Origin: Macrostomum lignano
Lineage: Eukaryota
Length of the DNA: 64,000 nucleotides
Direction: 5' to 3'
NCBI GenBank assembly: GCA_002269645.1
Contig: NIVC01001955.1
Coordinates: forward strand, 68,123 to 132,122
The position numbers were made by a program, and so were the translations under genes. The first letter of the stretch is position 1, and each line of letters opens with the position of its first letter. A model generated the notes under the pieces. It had not been told where the DNA came from. It made no database searches and saw nothing but the letters and a program-made list of their open reading frames with translations. Of the stretch, positions 1-37,598 are shown piece by piece.

Positions 1-3000
1 TACCTGGCCGAGGTGCAGAGCCTCACGGATGCCAAGCTCAGCCTGGAGCTGGAGATCCACGCCTACAGAAAACTGCTGGAGGGCGAGGAGATCCGGTGAG
101 GACAGGCAGCTGGCTTCACTGCATCCTCTGCTCACCCCATCCTGCTCACCCCATCCTGCTCACCCCATCCTGCTCACCCCATCCTGCTCACCCCATCCTG
201 CTCACCCCATCCTGCTCACCCCATCCTGCTCACCCCATCCTGCTCACCCCATCCTGCTCACCCCATCCTGCTCACCCCATCCTGCTCACCCCATCCTGCT
301 CACCCCATCCTGCTCACCCCATCCTGCTCACCCCATCCTGCTCACCCCATCCTGCTCACCCCATCCTGCTCACCCCATCCTGCTCACCCCATCCTGCTCA
401 CCCCATCCTGCTCACCCCATCCTGCTCACCCCATCCTGCTCACCCCATCCTGCTCACCCCATCCTGCTCACCCCATCCTGCTCACCCCATCCTGCTCACC
501 CAATTCTGCTCGCCCCATCCTGCTCACCCCATCCTGCTCACCCCATCCTGCAGCTCACCCCATCCTGCTCACCCCATCCTGCTCACCCCATCCTGCTCAC
601 CCCATCCTACAGCTCATCCCATCCTACAGCTCACCCCGTCCTACAGCTCACCCCATCCTACAGCTCACCCCATCCTACAGCTCACCCCATCCTACAGCTC
701 ACCCCGTCCTACAGCTCACCCCATCCTACAGCTCACCCCATCCTGCTCACCCCATCCTGCTCACCCCATCCTACAGCTCATCCCATCCTACAGCTCACCC
801 CGTCCTACAGCTCACCCCATCCTACAGCTCACCCCATCCTACAGCTCACCCCATCCTACAGCTCACCCCATCCTACAGCTCACCCCATCCTGCTCACCCC
901 ATCCTACAGCTCACCCCATCCTGCTCACCCCATCCTGCTCACCCCATCCTGCTCACCCCATCCTGCTCACCCCATCCTGCTCACCCCATCCTGCTCACCC
1001 CATCCTGCTCACCCCATCCTATTTCTAAGCCTTGCAATACTTCAGTACATCTATTGAGCAGACAATAAGCATTAATCTGCATCCGAACACACAAACCTGA
1101 GCCAGCCTGAACAATGAAAGACTCAGCCGAGAGTCAGTCTCCACCCGGCTGATGGAGCGCGAGCAGACAGTGAGCACCACTGAGCAGCGCAATCAAGGTA
1201 TCCCAGCAACTGCGAGGCAGACAGAGACTAACCATAGCTAAGCTAAAAAACCAAAACTCACTTGCTGATGGGCACATTTATAAACTTCTAACACAACTGT
1301 CTTCCTTCTTCCTAAATCTCCCCTAGAATTTTTATCCTCGTCGCGCCCCCGAAACCCCAGACTGAAGCCCGAGGCCAAGGCGGAGGCGGAGTCGCTCATG
1401 AACGATGTCACTCATGCCACCGCGGCTGAGCTGCCAGAGCCGCCACCGCCGCCGCCACTGTCGCAGACGCAGCAGCAGCAGACTCCGAAGTCACCTTTGA
1501 AGTCGCCGACTCAACCGTCGCTGCCTCCGCCGCCGGAGCCGAAGGCTTTGAAGTCGCCGAAGAAGACGCCGCCTCCACCGCCTCCGCCGCCGCCACCGCC
1601 GCCTCTGCGGCAGGCAGATGGAGACGGCGCCTCCGCCGCAGGTCTCTTGCAGAGTGGCTCTCTAAAAGCAGAAATTTCTGTGTCGTGTCTTGCCTGCGCC
1701 TTCTTCACATTCTATTAACTGCTTTGGTCTGCTGCTCATTCCTTCTTGTTACTTTTAGTAGCATGAAATGCTGATTTTATATTCATTTGCTTTTGAGAGA
1801 AAACGTTTTGATAACTATTGATGCTTGGTCTTATGAGCATGCGACTGAGTAACTGATTGAGTTTACCCGTCCTGCATTCTCCAAGGTTCTGCGAGGCAGC
1901 AAAGTGAGTCCAAGGCATAACTTATAGCTCGTGTCCTCTGTTCCATGCTGCTTCATTTCGGCTCGCGAGTTTTAACCGTGTTGCTGCGATTGTGGCGTAG
2001 ATGGGTAGTTTGTGACGTAGATGGATAGTTTGTGATGTAGATGGGTAGTTTGCGATGTAGATGGGTAGTTTGTGATGTAGATGGGTAGTTTGTGGTGTAG
2101 ATGGGTAGTTTGTGATGTAAATGGGTGGTTTGTGGTGTAGATAGGTAGTTTGTGGTGTAGATGGGTAGTTTGTGGTGTAGATGGGTAGTTTGTGATGTAA
2201 ATGGGTAGTTTGTGGTGTAGATGGGTAGTTTGTGGTATAGATGGGTAGTTTGTGATGTTGATGAGGAGTTTGTGATGTTGATGAGGAGTTTGTGATGTAG
2301 ATGGGTAGTTTGTGGTGTAGATGGGTAGTTTGTGATGTAAATGGGTAGTTTGTGATGTAAATGGGTAGTTTTTGGTGTAGATGGGTAGTTTGTGGTGTAG
2401 ATGGGTAGTTTGTGGTGTAGATGGGTAGTTTGTGATGTAGATGGGTAGTTTGTGGTGTAGATGGGTAGTTTGTGATGTAAATGGGTAGTTTGTGATGTAA
2501 ATGGGTAGTTTTTGGTGTAGATGGGTAGTTTGTGGTGTAGATGGGTAGTTTGTGGTGTAGATGGGTAGTTTGTGATGTAGATGGGTAGTTTGTGGTGTAG
2601 ATGGGTAGTTTGTGGTGTAGATGGGTAGTTTGTGATGTAGATGGGTAGTTTGTGGTGTAGATGGGTAGTTTGTGATGTAAATGGGTAGTTTGTGATGTAA
2701 ATGGGTAGTTTGTGATGTTGATGAGGAGTTTGTGATGTTGATGAGGAGTTTGTGATGTGGATAGGAAGTTTGTGATTTTGATGGGTAGTCTGTGATGTAG
2801 ATGGGTAGTTTGTGGTGTAGATGGGTAGTTTGTGATGTAAATGGGTAGTTTGTGATGGAAATGGGTAGTTTTTGGTGTAGATGGGTAGTTTGTGGTGTAG
2901 ATGGGTAGTTTTTGGTGTAGATGGGTAGTTTGTGATGTAGATGGGTAGTTTGTGGTGTAGATGGGTAGTTTGTGATGTAAATGGGTAGTTTGTGATGTAA

Positions 3001-4727
3001 ATGGGTAGTTTGTGGTGTAGATGGGTAGCTTGTGATGTAGATGGGTAGTTTGTGATGTAGATGGGTAGTTTGTGATGTTGATGAGGGGTTTGTGATGTTG
3101 ATGAGGAGTTTGTGATGTGGATAGGAAGTTTGTGATTTTGATGGGTAGTCTGTGATGTAGATGGGTAGTTTGGGATGTAGATGGTTAGTTTTGGTGTAGA
3201 TGGGTAGTTTTGGTGTAGATGGGTAGTTTTGGTGTAGATGGGTAGTTTTTTATGTAGATGGATAGTTTGGGATGTAGATGGGTAGTTTGTGATGCGTTAG
3301 GCTTTTTATGTTGTAGATAGGTAGGTTGCTAACAGTTCTAACTAACATCTGCGATAAACAGTTTTATAGCTGAACTTATAACACAAGCATAACAAGTCTT
3401 TTAGAACCGCAATCTGCTACCAAACAAGTTAAATGCGCACGAATAACAGGTCGCATATCAGGCGTTTAACCTGCTTAACCTACTTTGCATATTGCTGCTC
3501 AGAGCCAATCCAACATTCTAATTCGAACTTCCACCCCACCCCGCATGGCAGTCAACATTCTCAAGGGCGAGATGTCGGCCAAGACCACCTACCAGCGCAC
3601 AGCCAAGGGCAGCACCAGCATCCAGGACTGCGGCTGCGATGGCAAGTTAGTCACCCTCGAGTTCACGGGAAAGAAGGTGAAAATTATTTAATCAGACATT
3701 GCAATCGAGGTACTTCATATGTAAAGCTGTTGTGTCTTTCCCGATTTTAGAAGGAAGACTTGAGCGACTGGACACTCGTAAGGAATATCGACAATGGCCG
3801 TCAGGTGGTGAAGTACACCTTTCCGAAGGGCACCGTGTTGGACACGACCTGCAAAACTATTAAGGTTGGGGGTGTATTATCGTATTGATGTCAACTGAAG
3901 ACCCTCCGTCACCTCAAAACTCAAGCCCTTACCCTCCATCACCTCAAAACTCAAGCCCTTACCCTCCGTCACCTCAAAACTCTAGCCCTTACCCTCCGTC
4001 ACCTCAAAACTCAACCCCTTACCCCCCGTCACCTCAAAACTCAACCCCTTACCCTCCGTCACCTCAAAACTCAACCTCTTACCCTCCGTCACCTCAAAAC
4101 TCAAGCCCTTACCCTCCGTCACCTCAAAACTCAAGCCCTTACCCTCCGTCACCTCAAAACTCAAGCCCTTACCCTCCGTCACCTCAAAACTCAAGCCCTT
4201 ACCCTCCGTCACCTCAAAACTCAACCCCTCCATCACCCACGCAATCACGCAGATCTGGGCCGCCGGTCAAAAGCCGCCCCCAGCGGAGTCCTCAGCCGCA
4301 TCCGGTGGAACCAACACCGGCATCAAAGAGCTGGAGGCAGCCGAGCCCTCCTGGGGCATCGGCAGCAACATCCTGACCACCCTGGCTAACGCCGATGGAG
4401 AGGTAGGGAGTGACGCAACCGCCTGGCAGACTGGGAGATTAAATTAAATCGTTTGGCAAGATAACAGGCCGCAAGAATAATAGGGATGGCTGGCTTCGCA
4501 TTGCGCAGCCATCAATCATTCAAGATTGAGCTCTATGAACGCTAAGGATTTGCTAGAATTGTTTAGCAAGTTTTGTAGCCGCCGACTTTTCTTTTTAACT
4601 GGTCTGCTTTTAAGTGTTAGTCAGTTGATGAGGCACAGAGTCTGGCATAGGCGCTATTTTACACACAACAATATTTTTCCAGGAGCGCGCCACCCACATC
4701 CAGAAGACAACTTATTCGGCCAGCTGA
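1..4727 (+). CDS. Cytoplasmic intermediate filament protein with lamin-tail domain (3' part, 5' end outside window)
   Basis: Exons 1-95 ([32 protein letters not shown], coil-2B end motif), 1106-1197, 1327-~1680 (Pro-rich; donor unresolved), 3503-3676 ([15 protein letters not shown]...DGKLVTLE), 3751-3864 ([12 protein letters not shown]), 4253-4402 (IWAAG...[18 protein letters not shown]), 4683-4727 ([14 protein letters not shown]). Phases match at all junctions except the Pro-rich exon donor. No CaaX box, so cytoplasmic IF rather than lamin. Confidence 0.92.
125..1020. repeat. 14-bp minisatellite (CTCACCCCATCCTG)n with 17-bp variants, intronic
   Basis: Directly visible tandem array starting ~30 nt after the donor at 96. 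Confidence 0.97.
1995..3292. repeat. 20-bp minisatellite (GTAGATGGGTAGTTTGTGAT)n, intronic
   Basis: Visible array; a variant block recurs at ~2715 and ~3075. Confidence 0.97.
3897..4230. repeat. 30-bp minisatellite, intronic
   Basis: Unit CCTTACCCTCCGTCACCTCAAAACTCAAGC, ~11 copies. Confidence 0.96.
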
Positions 4728-4949
4728 AGATGGCTATCTCGGCAGCTGAAATGAACTAACTATATTGATTACTGAATTTGGTCATTACTAATAGTATAAC
4801 GACCTGAAATAATTTTCACGCACGTAGGCTTGGACCTTTAGGTTGCTGCACAACTAATAATTATTTACAGTTGAGTTACTCGTACTTCTACGAAGTTTCT
4901 AATGATAGTTTAATTTCGTTAGCAATCACTGATAAACAAATCACAGGTC

Positions 4950-5390
4950 TGGAGGCGGTTGGGTTCTAGAGCGTACATTGAGAGATGATTGGGGCGGGGG
5001 TTCCAGAGCGTAGATTGGGAGAGGATTGGGGGCGGGGTTCCAGAGCGTAGATTGGGAGACGATTGGGGGCGGGGGTTCCAGAGCGTACATTGAGAAAGGA
5101 TTAGGGCTGGGGGAGGTTCCAGAGCGTACATTGAGAGAGGATTGGGGCTGGGGGGAAGGTTTCAGAGCGTACATTGAGAGAGGATTGGGCTGGGGGAAGG
5201 TTTCAGAGCGTACATTGAGAGAGGATTGGGGCTGGGGGGAAGGTTTCAGAGCGTACATTGAGAGAGGATTGGGCTGGGGGGAAGGTTTCATAGCGTACAT
5301 TGAGAGAGGATTGGGCCGGGGGGGGGGGTTCCAGAGCGTACATTGAGTGAGGATTGGGGCGGGGGGGGGGTTCGAGAGCGTACATTGAGT
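4950..5390. repeat. ~40-bp G-rich minisatellite
   Basis: Unit ~CAGAGCGTACATTGAGAGAGGATTGGGGCTGGGGGAAGGTT. Confidence 0.93.
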
Positions 5391-6211
5391 GAGTCCCTAC
5401 CCGGTGTACACAAGTTGGGGCAGGGAATGTTTGCGGCCGCTGATTGGTGTCTTGTGTCGGACCTACATGCGATCTGATGCAGTGTACAATTAGTAAACAA
5501 GGTCCATTGTACTTCGATTTCTGGTGGGAAAGTGTTGAAGCACAAAATGTACTTCTGAATATAAAACAACAACACTTAATAAACACTTGAAAATAAGTAT
5601 ACTCGCTAGTTTTAAAAAAATATTTTATTATATAGAATATAATTTTTATGTCTGCTAGTGTTTTTTCTTTTGCTAGAATTTTTTCTTCCGCGCATTCTAT
5701 TAATTGCTTTTTTGTTATACTGTCACGCTATTGTCAACTTTATTTAACTTTAATCTATTAGTTAGCTCGTACAGCTATAAATTAATCAATGCGCAGTTTC
5801 ACTACATCACTACATTCAAATTGGATTGCATGAATAAAATCTGCAAAAATATAACGAACTTTAATTTCGAAGTTTATGATAATACGAAGTATTTCTATTG
5901 CTGAAAATGAATCCAAGACCTTGTCAGCCAATAGGATTCGCCCTGGCCGCTGATTGGCTGGCTGGCTGGCTGGAAGAGATCGCTAGGAGTGGTTTGGGTT
6001 AAAAAACTGCTGCTATACGATTGAAACTTGGACTAAAAGTGGCGAAGTTGGCTGAGAAATAGGCTTTGCTGTTATCTGGCTAGCCAATTAACAGTGTCTA
6101 CTAGCAAAGAAGGAAAGAGGTTCAGAGATATCCATATATGGAAATAAAATCCATTGAACATAACAAAAGACCAGCCTGAAAAACTGAGCACAACTTTAAT
6201 TCGGAAATCAG

Positions 6212-6572
6212 AGAAGCCTCAATTCGGAAAACACAGAAGCCTCAATTCGGAAAACAGAGAAGTCTCAATTCGGAAAACACAGAAGCCTCAATTCGGAAAA
6301 CACAGAAGCCTCAATTCGGAAAACACAGAAGCCTCAATTCGGAAAACACAGAAGCCTCAATTCGGAAAACAGAGAAGCCTCAATTCGGAAAACAGAGAAG
6401 CCTCAATTCGGAAAACAGAGAAGCCTCAATTCGGAAAACACAAAAGCCTCAATTCGGAAAACACAGAAGCCTCAATTCGGAAAACAGAGAAGCCTCAATT
6501 CGGAAAACACAGAAGCCTCAATTCGGAAAACAGAGAAGCCTCAATTCGGAAAACACAGAAGCCTCAATTCGG
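6212..6572. repeat. 23-bp minisatellite
   Basis: Unit GAAGCCTCAATTCGGAAAACACA, no unique spacers. Confidence 0.96.
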
Positions 6573-7544
6573 AAAATTCGCGGAACTGTTCGGAAATTTG
6601 GGTAAACGCCTCTGCAGGTGAGAGCTTAAGTAAATTCCACACTATATATGCATTATGAGTTATAGAAAATAGCAAAGTGTTCTGTCTTGTTGCAGCTTGT
6701 GACGGCCTGTTTCTGGGGGGATGTTGAGGATGCCACTGAGTTCTGCAGGGAGTACAGAGATTGTTGTTGCAGCGCACTTTCGCCTCATTTCTCCATTGTC
6801 CCGAAAATTGGAAGCTGCTAGGAAGCTGAAGTCTGAGTTTATAGGCTTTTGGCAATTTTCCTTGGCTGGGGGAGAGATGATGTATGGCCCATATAGCTTT
6901 CATTCATTCTCCCGATCTCTCTGTGCCCGTCACCTGTCAATCGGCAGTGTTGGACCAAGCAGTTGCCCTGCGCCATCCAACCTGTCTCACCTCATCTCTA
7001 GGACTCTCCGCGCGTGGCTTCAGGAAAGCTGTTAAAAATGCTATTTACTTTTTCTGTCAACGGGGGGGTGACTTGCTGTGTTATTTCTATAACTGGCTTC
7101 CATTCATTGCTGTTCTTCACGGCGATGTATCAAACAAAATAAATATTCGCTGAGCACGCTGCTCTCTGACTTCGGCGACATTGTCTCTGCAATTCTGGCC
7201 CTTCAGCTGACTCCAGTCGAGAAAATAAGATTAAAAACTAGAAGTTGAACTAGATGTTGAATACTGTTGAAAATTGAATACTAAGATAAGCCAGTAAGTG
7301 GGCGCAGGGCCCAAACAAGTATATTTATACCAGACATTAACTTTGGGGGTTTGAATTGCAGATAATAAAGAGAGGGGTGGAGTGCGCGACTAAATAGAGA
7401 GGCGAGAATGGAGAACCAATCAGAAGGCAGCAAGGGAGAGAGAGATAAGAATAACAAGATTGAGCTAGACACAGAGAGAGAGAGAGAGAAAACAGTAAAC
7501 AGAGACAAGTGAAGGTGAACTAAAGAAACGACTAGGAAAGTCGC

Positions 7545-8125
7545 AAGCGCGCCAATGCTGTACGCAGGCACCATTCCACTGACTCCTGAGCACACAAGCG
7601 CGCCAATGCTGTACGCAGGCACCATTCCACTGACTCCTGAGCACACAAGCGCGCCAATGCTGTACGCAGGCACCATTCCACTGACTCCTGAGCACACAAG
7701 CGCGCCAATGCTGTACGCAGGCACCATTCCACTGACTCCTGAGCACACAAGCGCGCCAATGCTGTACGCAGGCACCATTCCACTGACTCCTGAGCACACA
7801 AGCGCGCCAATGCTGTACGCAGGCACCATTCCACTGACTCCTGAGCACACAATCGCGCCAATGCTGTACGCAGGCACCATTCCACTGACTCCTGAGCACA
7901 CAAGCGCGCCAATGCTGTACGCAGGCACCATTCCACTGACTCCTGAGCACACAATCGCGCCAATGCTGTACGCAGGCACCATTCCACTGACTCCTGAGCA
8001 CACAAGCGCGCCAATGCTGTACGCAGGCACCATTCCGCAGACTCCTGAGCACACAAGCGCGCCAATGCTGTACGCAGGCACCATTCCGCAGACTCCTGAG
8101 CACACAAGCGCGCCAATACTGTACA
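7545..8125. repeat. 51-bp minisatellite (~11 copies), unit homologous to a SINE segment
   Basis: Unit AAGCGCGCCAATGCTGTACGCAGGCACCATTCCACTGACTCCTGAGCACAC; a similar single copy lies at ~45040-45095. Confidence 0.95.
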
Positions 8126-10006
8126 CAGGCACAGAACTCATACAGACGCAAACTTTGAGCTTGGCCGGATCGCTGTTGTGAAGTTTGAAAGGACCCAAAA
8201 GCCGAATAGAGAGGCTTCGGGTTTGCTGACCCCAGATTTAGAGAGATGAGAAGCCATCGCGGACCAGCCGGGCACAGTGTTAGAGCTGTGAGGTTGCGAG
8301 AATAAGAAAATGATGGGGATAATTCTCCCAGGCACTGGGGCAGTTGTCCTGTAGTCCTACAACCTGCATGAAGGGCCTAGATTAGTCGCAAACGGCTGAT
8401 CGCGCGCAGCTCCAGCTAAGTGGTGGCGGCGTCAGGGGTGCTGCTCGAGGTCCGCCTCACCTATTCGCACCCCCCGCCACTCGAGTAATCCGCCTACGAC
8501 CCCACTCGCAATTATTGATGAGGCGCGCAGGGGGACCATCGGTTAGCCGCGAGGCCATCTAATTGCGGCCTGCATGAGGGGATCAGCGAGACTGGGGGAT
8601 GGCCCTGGCTCCTGGGAGAAAAGCTTTCGCAAGGCCCCAGATGGGAATGAAACTTTGCCGTGGCCTTTCTTCAAGTCGAAGGCCTGTCACTGGGCGGTGT
8701 TTTCACAGTGGCCTGCCCCAGCTTCCCAAGGCCTCATCATCGGCCACCTGCCGGTGCCAAAGTTGGCAAGGAGGCTGCAGAGGATGGGCATTGGGAAAAA
8801 CTAGCAGTTTCTTATCCCCATCCCCTTCCTGCGTAGGGCTTTTTTGAACTTGAAATGCGCTCGATAAAGCCTAACGCCTGTCGGTCACCCTCAACTGCCT
8901 GTCTGTCTGTCTTCTGCATCACCAGCCTCCCAGTTTAAGCGGACGATTGTCGCTATACAGCCATTAAAATGAAGCAGCTTTTGCTACGCAAGTTCCCAGA
9001 TGCTTGAACCAGATGGTTGTCCTATGAATTCCCGTACAATCCGAGATGTTGCAGCTGCTGCTGAGACACAGTCTTCTCTATTTGCAGCTCGCTTTTTTAT
9101 TTATCCCCGCTGGGCTGGGAGAATTTCTGAGGTTGAGGCGGTCGGCTTCACAGTCTGCTTTCGCCTTCTCTCTTTGGCTTGGAAATTTCAGTCCCCAACT
9201 CTCAAACCTGGGCCGCGCGGAGCTCCTGTTGCTCCACGTGCCCCAAGTGTTGCAGTTTTTTTTGAGTCGCGAATGCGCTCTGCAATCGATTGATTCACCG
9301 CTCCAGAGCTCTGACCCTCCCCATGTGCGGTGCGGTTCCGCTCGCGCCTACCCAATTTTTCCTCTCGAGTGGCGAAATCCGCAGTTAACTTTTATGACAA
9401 CTCTCGGCATTTCCTTCCGCAAAAATCCAACCCGAGCAGGAACAGTTTAGCGATTCGGACATTCCGACCGTACCCTAGCAATGCAGCTCCGTGTGACGCA
9501 ACTTCGCCTTCTTGGTTAATTGGCGGGTTTCCCCCTGCCCAGACGGGAGCCTCCCGCTGGGGCAATTGCTATCAACGGAATCGCCTCGGGGTTGGGACGG
9601 TGGCTCAGCCCGTGTTTTTTAAGCTTTGAGCTGCTGCAGTTTGGGGAAACGATGGAGAGGAGGGAGAGAGAGAGGCAGAGCATGAGGCCTGGAAGCTCTC
9701 GAGAGGAAGCCGCGCGGCGGTGGCGTGTGAAACGCAACTGGGATCCCCCGCTCCGAGGAAGAGAAGTCGCGACTTCCCCGACTCTGAAAGTGGAGGCGCC
9801 GCAGTTGCCAGCACAGCCGCTCCTGGAGATCCTCTTCTCCCCCCTCTGTCGCCTTCCCAGCAGCAGCCCGGCGCCCCCCCCCGGGCTGCTTTAACCTGGT
9901 CTGTGCGTTCCTGCAAGCCCCGGTATGTCTCTGTGTGCGCATGACTCACCTGACTGACACTTCAGTAGCGAATTCCCACGAGGCCATGAGGGGGGAGCGG
10001 TGAGTG

Positions 10007-10062
<56 letters not shown>

Positions 10063-10339
10063 GTGTGTGCGTGTGTGCCTGTATCGGCAGCCAGCGAGAG
10101 CTTTTGGTAACAATAGCTACTCACTTGTGAGCAGAGTTCTGTTCTCACCCGGCATCCGCCAGCCATCTCGGCAGAGAAGTTGATACACCTGTAAAGCAGA
10201 AAAACTCTCTTTTCCTTTCTGGCTGCTCAGCCGCTGCTCAGCCGCTTGTCTACGCTGTTTTAAGTGAATCAGAGCTCGCTTACACATTCTTTTTTCCTAC
10301 ATTTTTTCAGGACTGCCGACGGAATTGAAATTCAGCCGA

Positions 10340-35972
<25,633 letters not shown>

Positions 35973-36999
35973 TGCTCATTTACCCTCGTCAGGGGCCTCT
36001 GCGTTCGAGATTTCCTCAGCCAAATTTACTTTGCGCTCACTGGTACTTAGTCCAATATTGTCGCTCATTGGCCAGTTGAGATGATTCTCTGTTCTTGCGC
36101 TTGCTGCTCTCTCATTGGCTGAGAGGATTTGCTTTTCTATGCGCTTGCTTTTCTCCCATTGGCTGAGAGGATTCATGTTTTTCACTAGTTTCTTTTCTGC
36201 CCGATGTTGTCTTTGATTGGCTAAAACAATTCTTGATTCTCTACCCCTAGCCGCTCTCTAATTGGTTGAAACATTGTTGATCCACACTCAATTATTCTCG
36301 GTCTAAACTAATAGTTCTCAGATTGTAAATTGCTTGACAACATTTTGCACTGCATCACGAAATGGAAATCTGTAGATTAGCACTGAACATTATTTATTGT
36401 AGCACTTTCAGCTGACTAACCCACGTACTCGTAGCTGTAGATTTCTGAGTACATTTTTTGAGTAGTTAATACGTTTTTAATACTAATGCATTTATTATCT
36501 TAAATGCTTGTGTCTAAACCTTTTCCCAAGCTGGAAGGCAATCCGTGACACCCCTTTGTGACTAATTTCATCTCACTGGTCAGATCTTTGTTTTCATTGG
36601 CATTTTACAGTCCTAAATCCACGCAACTCTCTGACAGCTGAAACCGACACCATTAAAATTGGTGTGTTAGTAGTTGGGATCTTAGGGAGCTCTAATCTAC
36701 CTGCAGATCCAGTGCCTTAATCAAGCAGCTGTATAAACTTTAATCAGATGTGAAAGAGAAATCGATGAGTCATCGGACGACGCAGGTTTGTTTTTTGCCC
36801 CAATCTTAGTCTGTCGCGTTTTACCTGCTGATAATGTATAAAAACTATTGATTGAGTCAAACATTTGCTTTTTGTATAAATTTGAAGCTGCACAGGGCAC
36901 GATTTTTATTTAAAATACACAGGCAATCAACTTGTCGATTTATAATAGCCCTATGAGCATGAATTTATTAATTGGACCACGCTTGATGGTATGGCTGCA

Positions 37000-37250
37000 C
37001 TAGAGCTACACTAAAGCTACACTAGAGCTACACTAGAGCTACACTAGAGCTACACTAGAGCTACACTAGAGCTACACTAGAGCTACACTAGAGCTACACT
37101 AGAGCTACACTAGAGCTACACTAGAGCTACACTAAAGCTACACTAGAGCTACACTAGAGCTACACTAGAGCTACACTAGAGCTACACTAGAGCTACACTA
37201 GAGCTACACTAGAGCTACACTAGAGCTACACTAGAGCTACACTAGATCTA
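37000..37250. repeat. 11-bp repeat (CTACACTAGAG)n
   Basis: Visible array. Confidence 0.96.
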
Positions 37251-37598
37251 CAGCTGATTCAACTGCCAGTGACGCAGTTCGCTCATGAGTCCAAAGTCTT
37301 CAAACCCCATCAAGCGTGAGGTCAAAAGGCCATGGCACAATAAAAATCCCTATTGACAAGAAGTTCAAGGCCAATTTTGCCTGACTGGCATACTGACAGA
37401 CTTGAGTTGGTATCTCGATACCCTTGAGCAGTCTTGCAGCTGCCTGACAATAGCTATTGGGGAACAAATCGATTCTTGAGCATACCAGAGCCCCATTTCT
37501 TACTCAATAGATCCTCAATAAAATGCATCTTCTGGAAGCTGTCACACACTAGTATTTATTCTAGAATTTCCAGGCAGTTCCCCAGCGACAAAGCCGAG

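Noticed and set aside
29-1057. Long ORFs over tandem arrays (also 7281-8198, 11987-13424, 15113-16028, 20037-20948, 22475-23472, 53061-53855)
   Set aside because: They are translations of stop-free repeat units, open in several frames or strands, mostly within introns, with no domain content.
1-4727. Nuclear lamin
   Set aside because: No C-terminal CaaX or clear NLS between rod and tail; the ERATHIQK ending matches protostome cytoplasmic IFs.
6212-8125. 23-bp and 51-bp regular repeats as CRISPR arrays
   Set aside because: Units are head-to-tail with no unique spacers, there are no cas genes, and the context is eukaryotic.
9520-9944. ORFs upstream of the CUB gene as its N-terminus
   Set aside because: The frame that would splice into the signal-peptide exon has a stop at 9892-9894, so the region is best read as 5'UTR.
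37434-37598. TTG-initiated extension of the lectin ORF
   Set aside because: AT-rich, non-coding-like sequence; the ATG at 37599 begins a signal-peptide-like segment.
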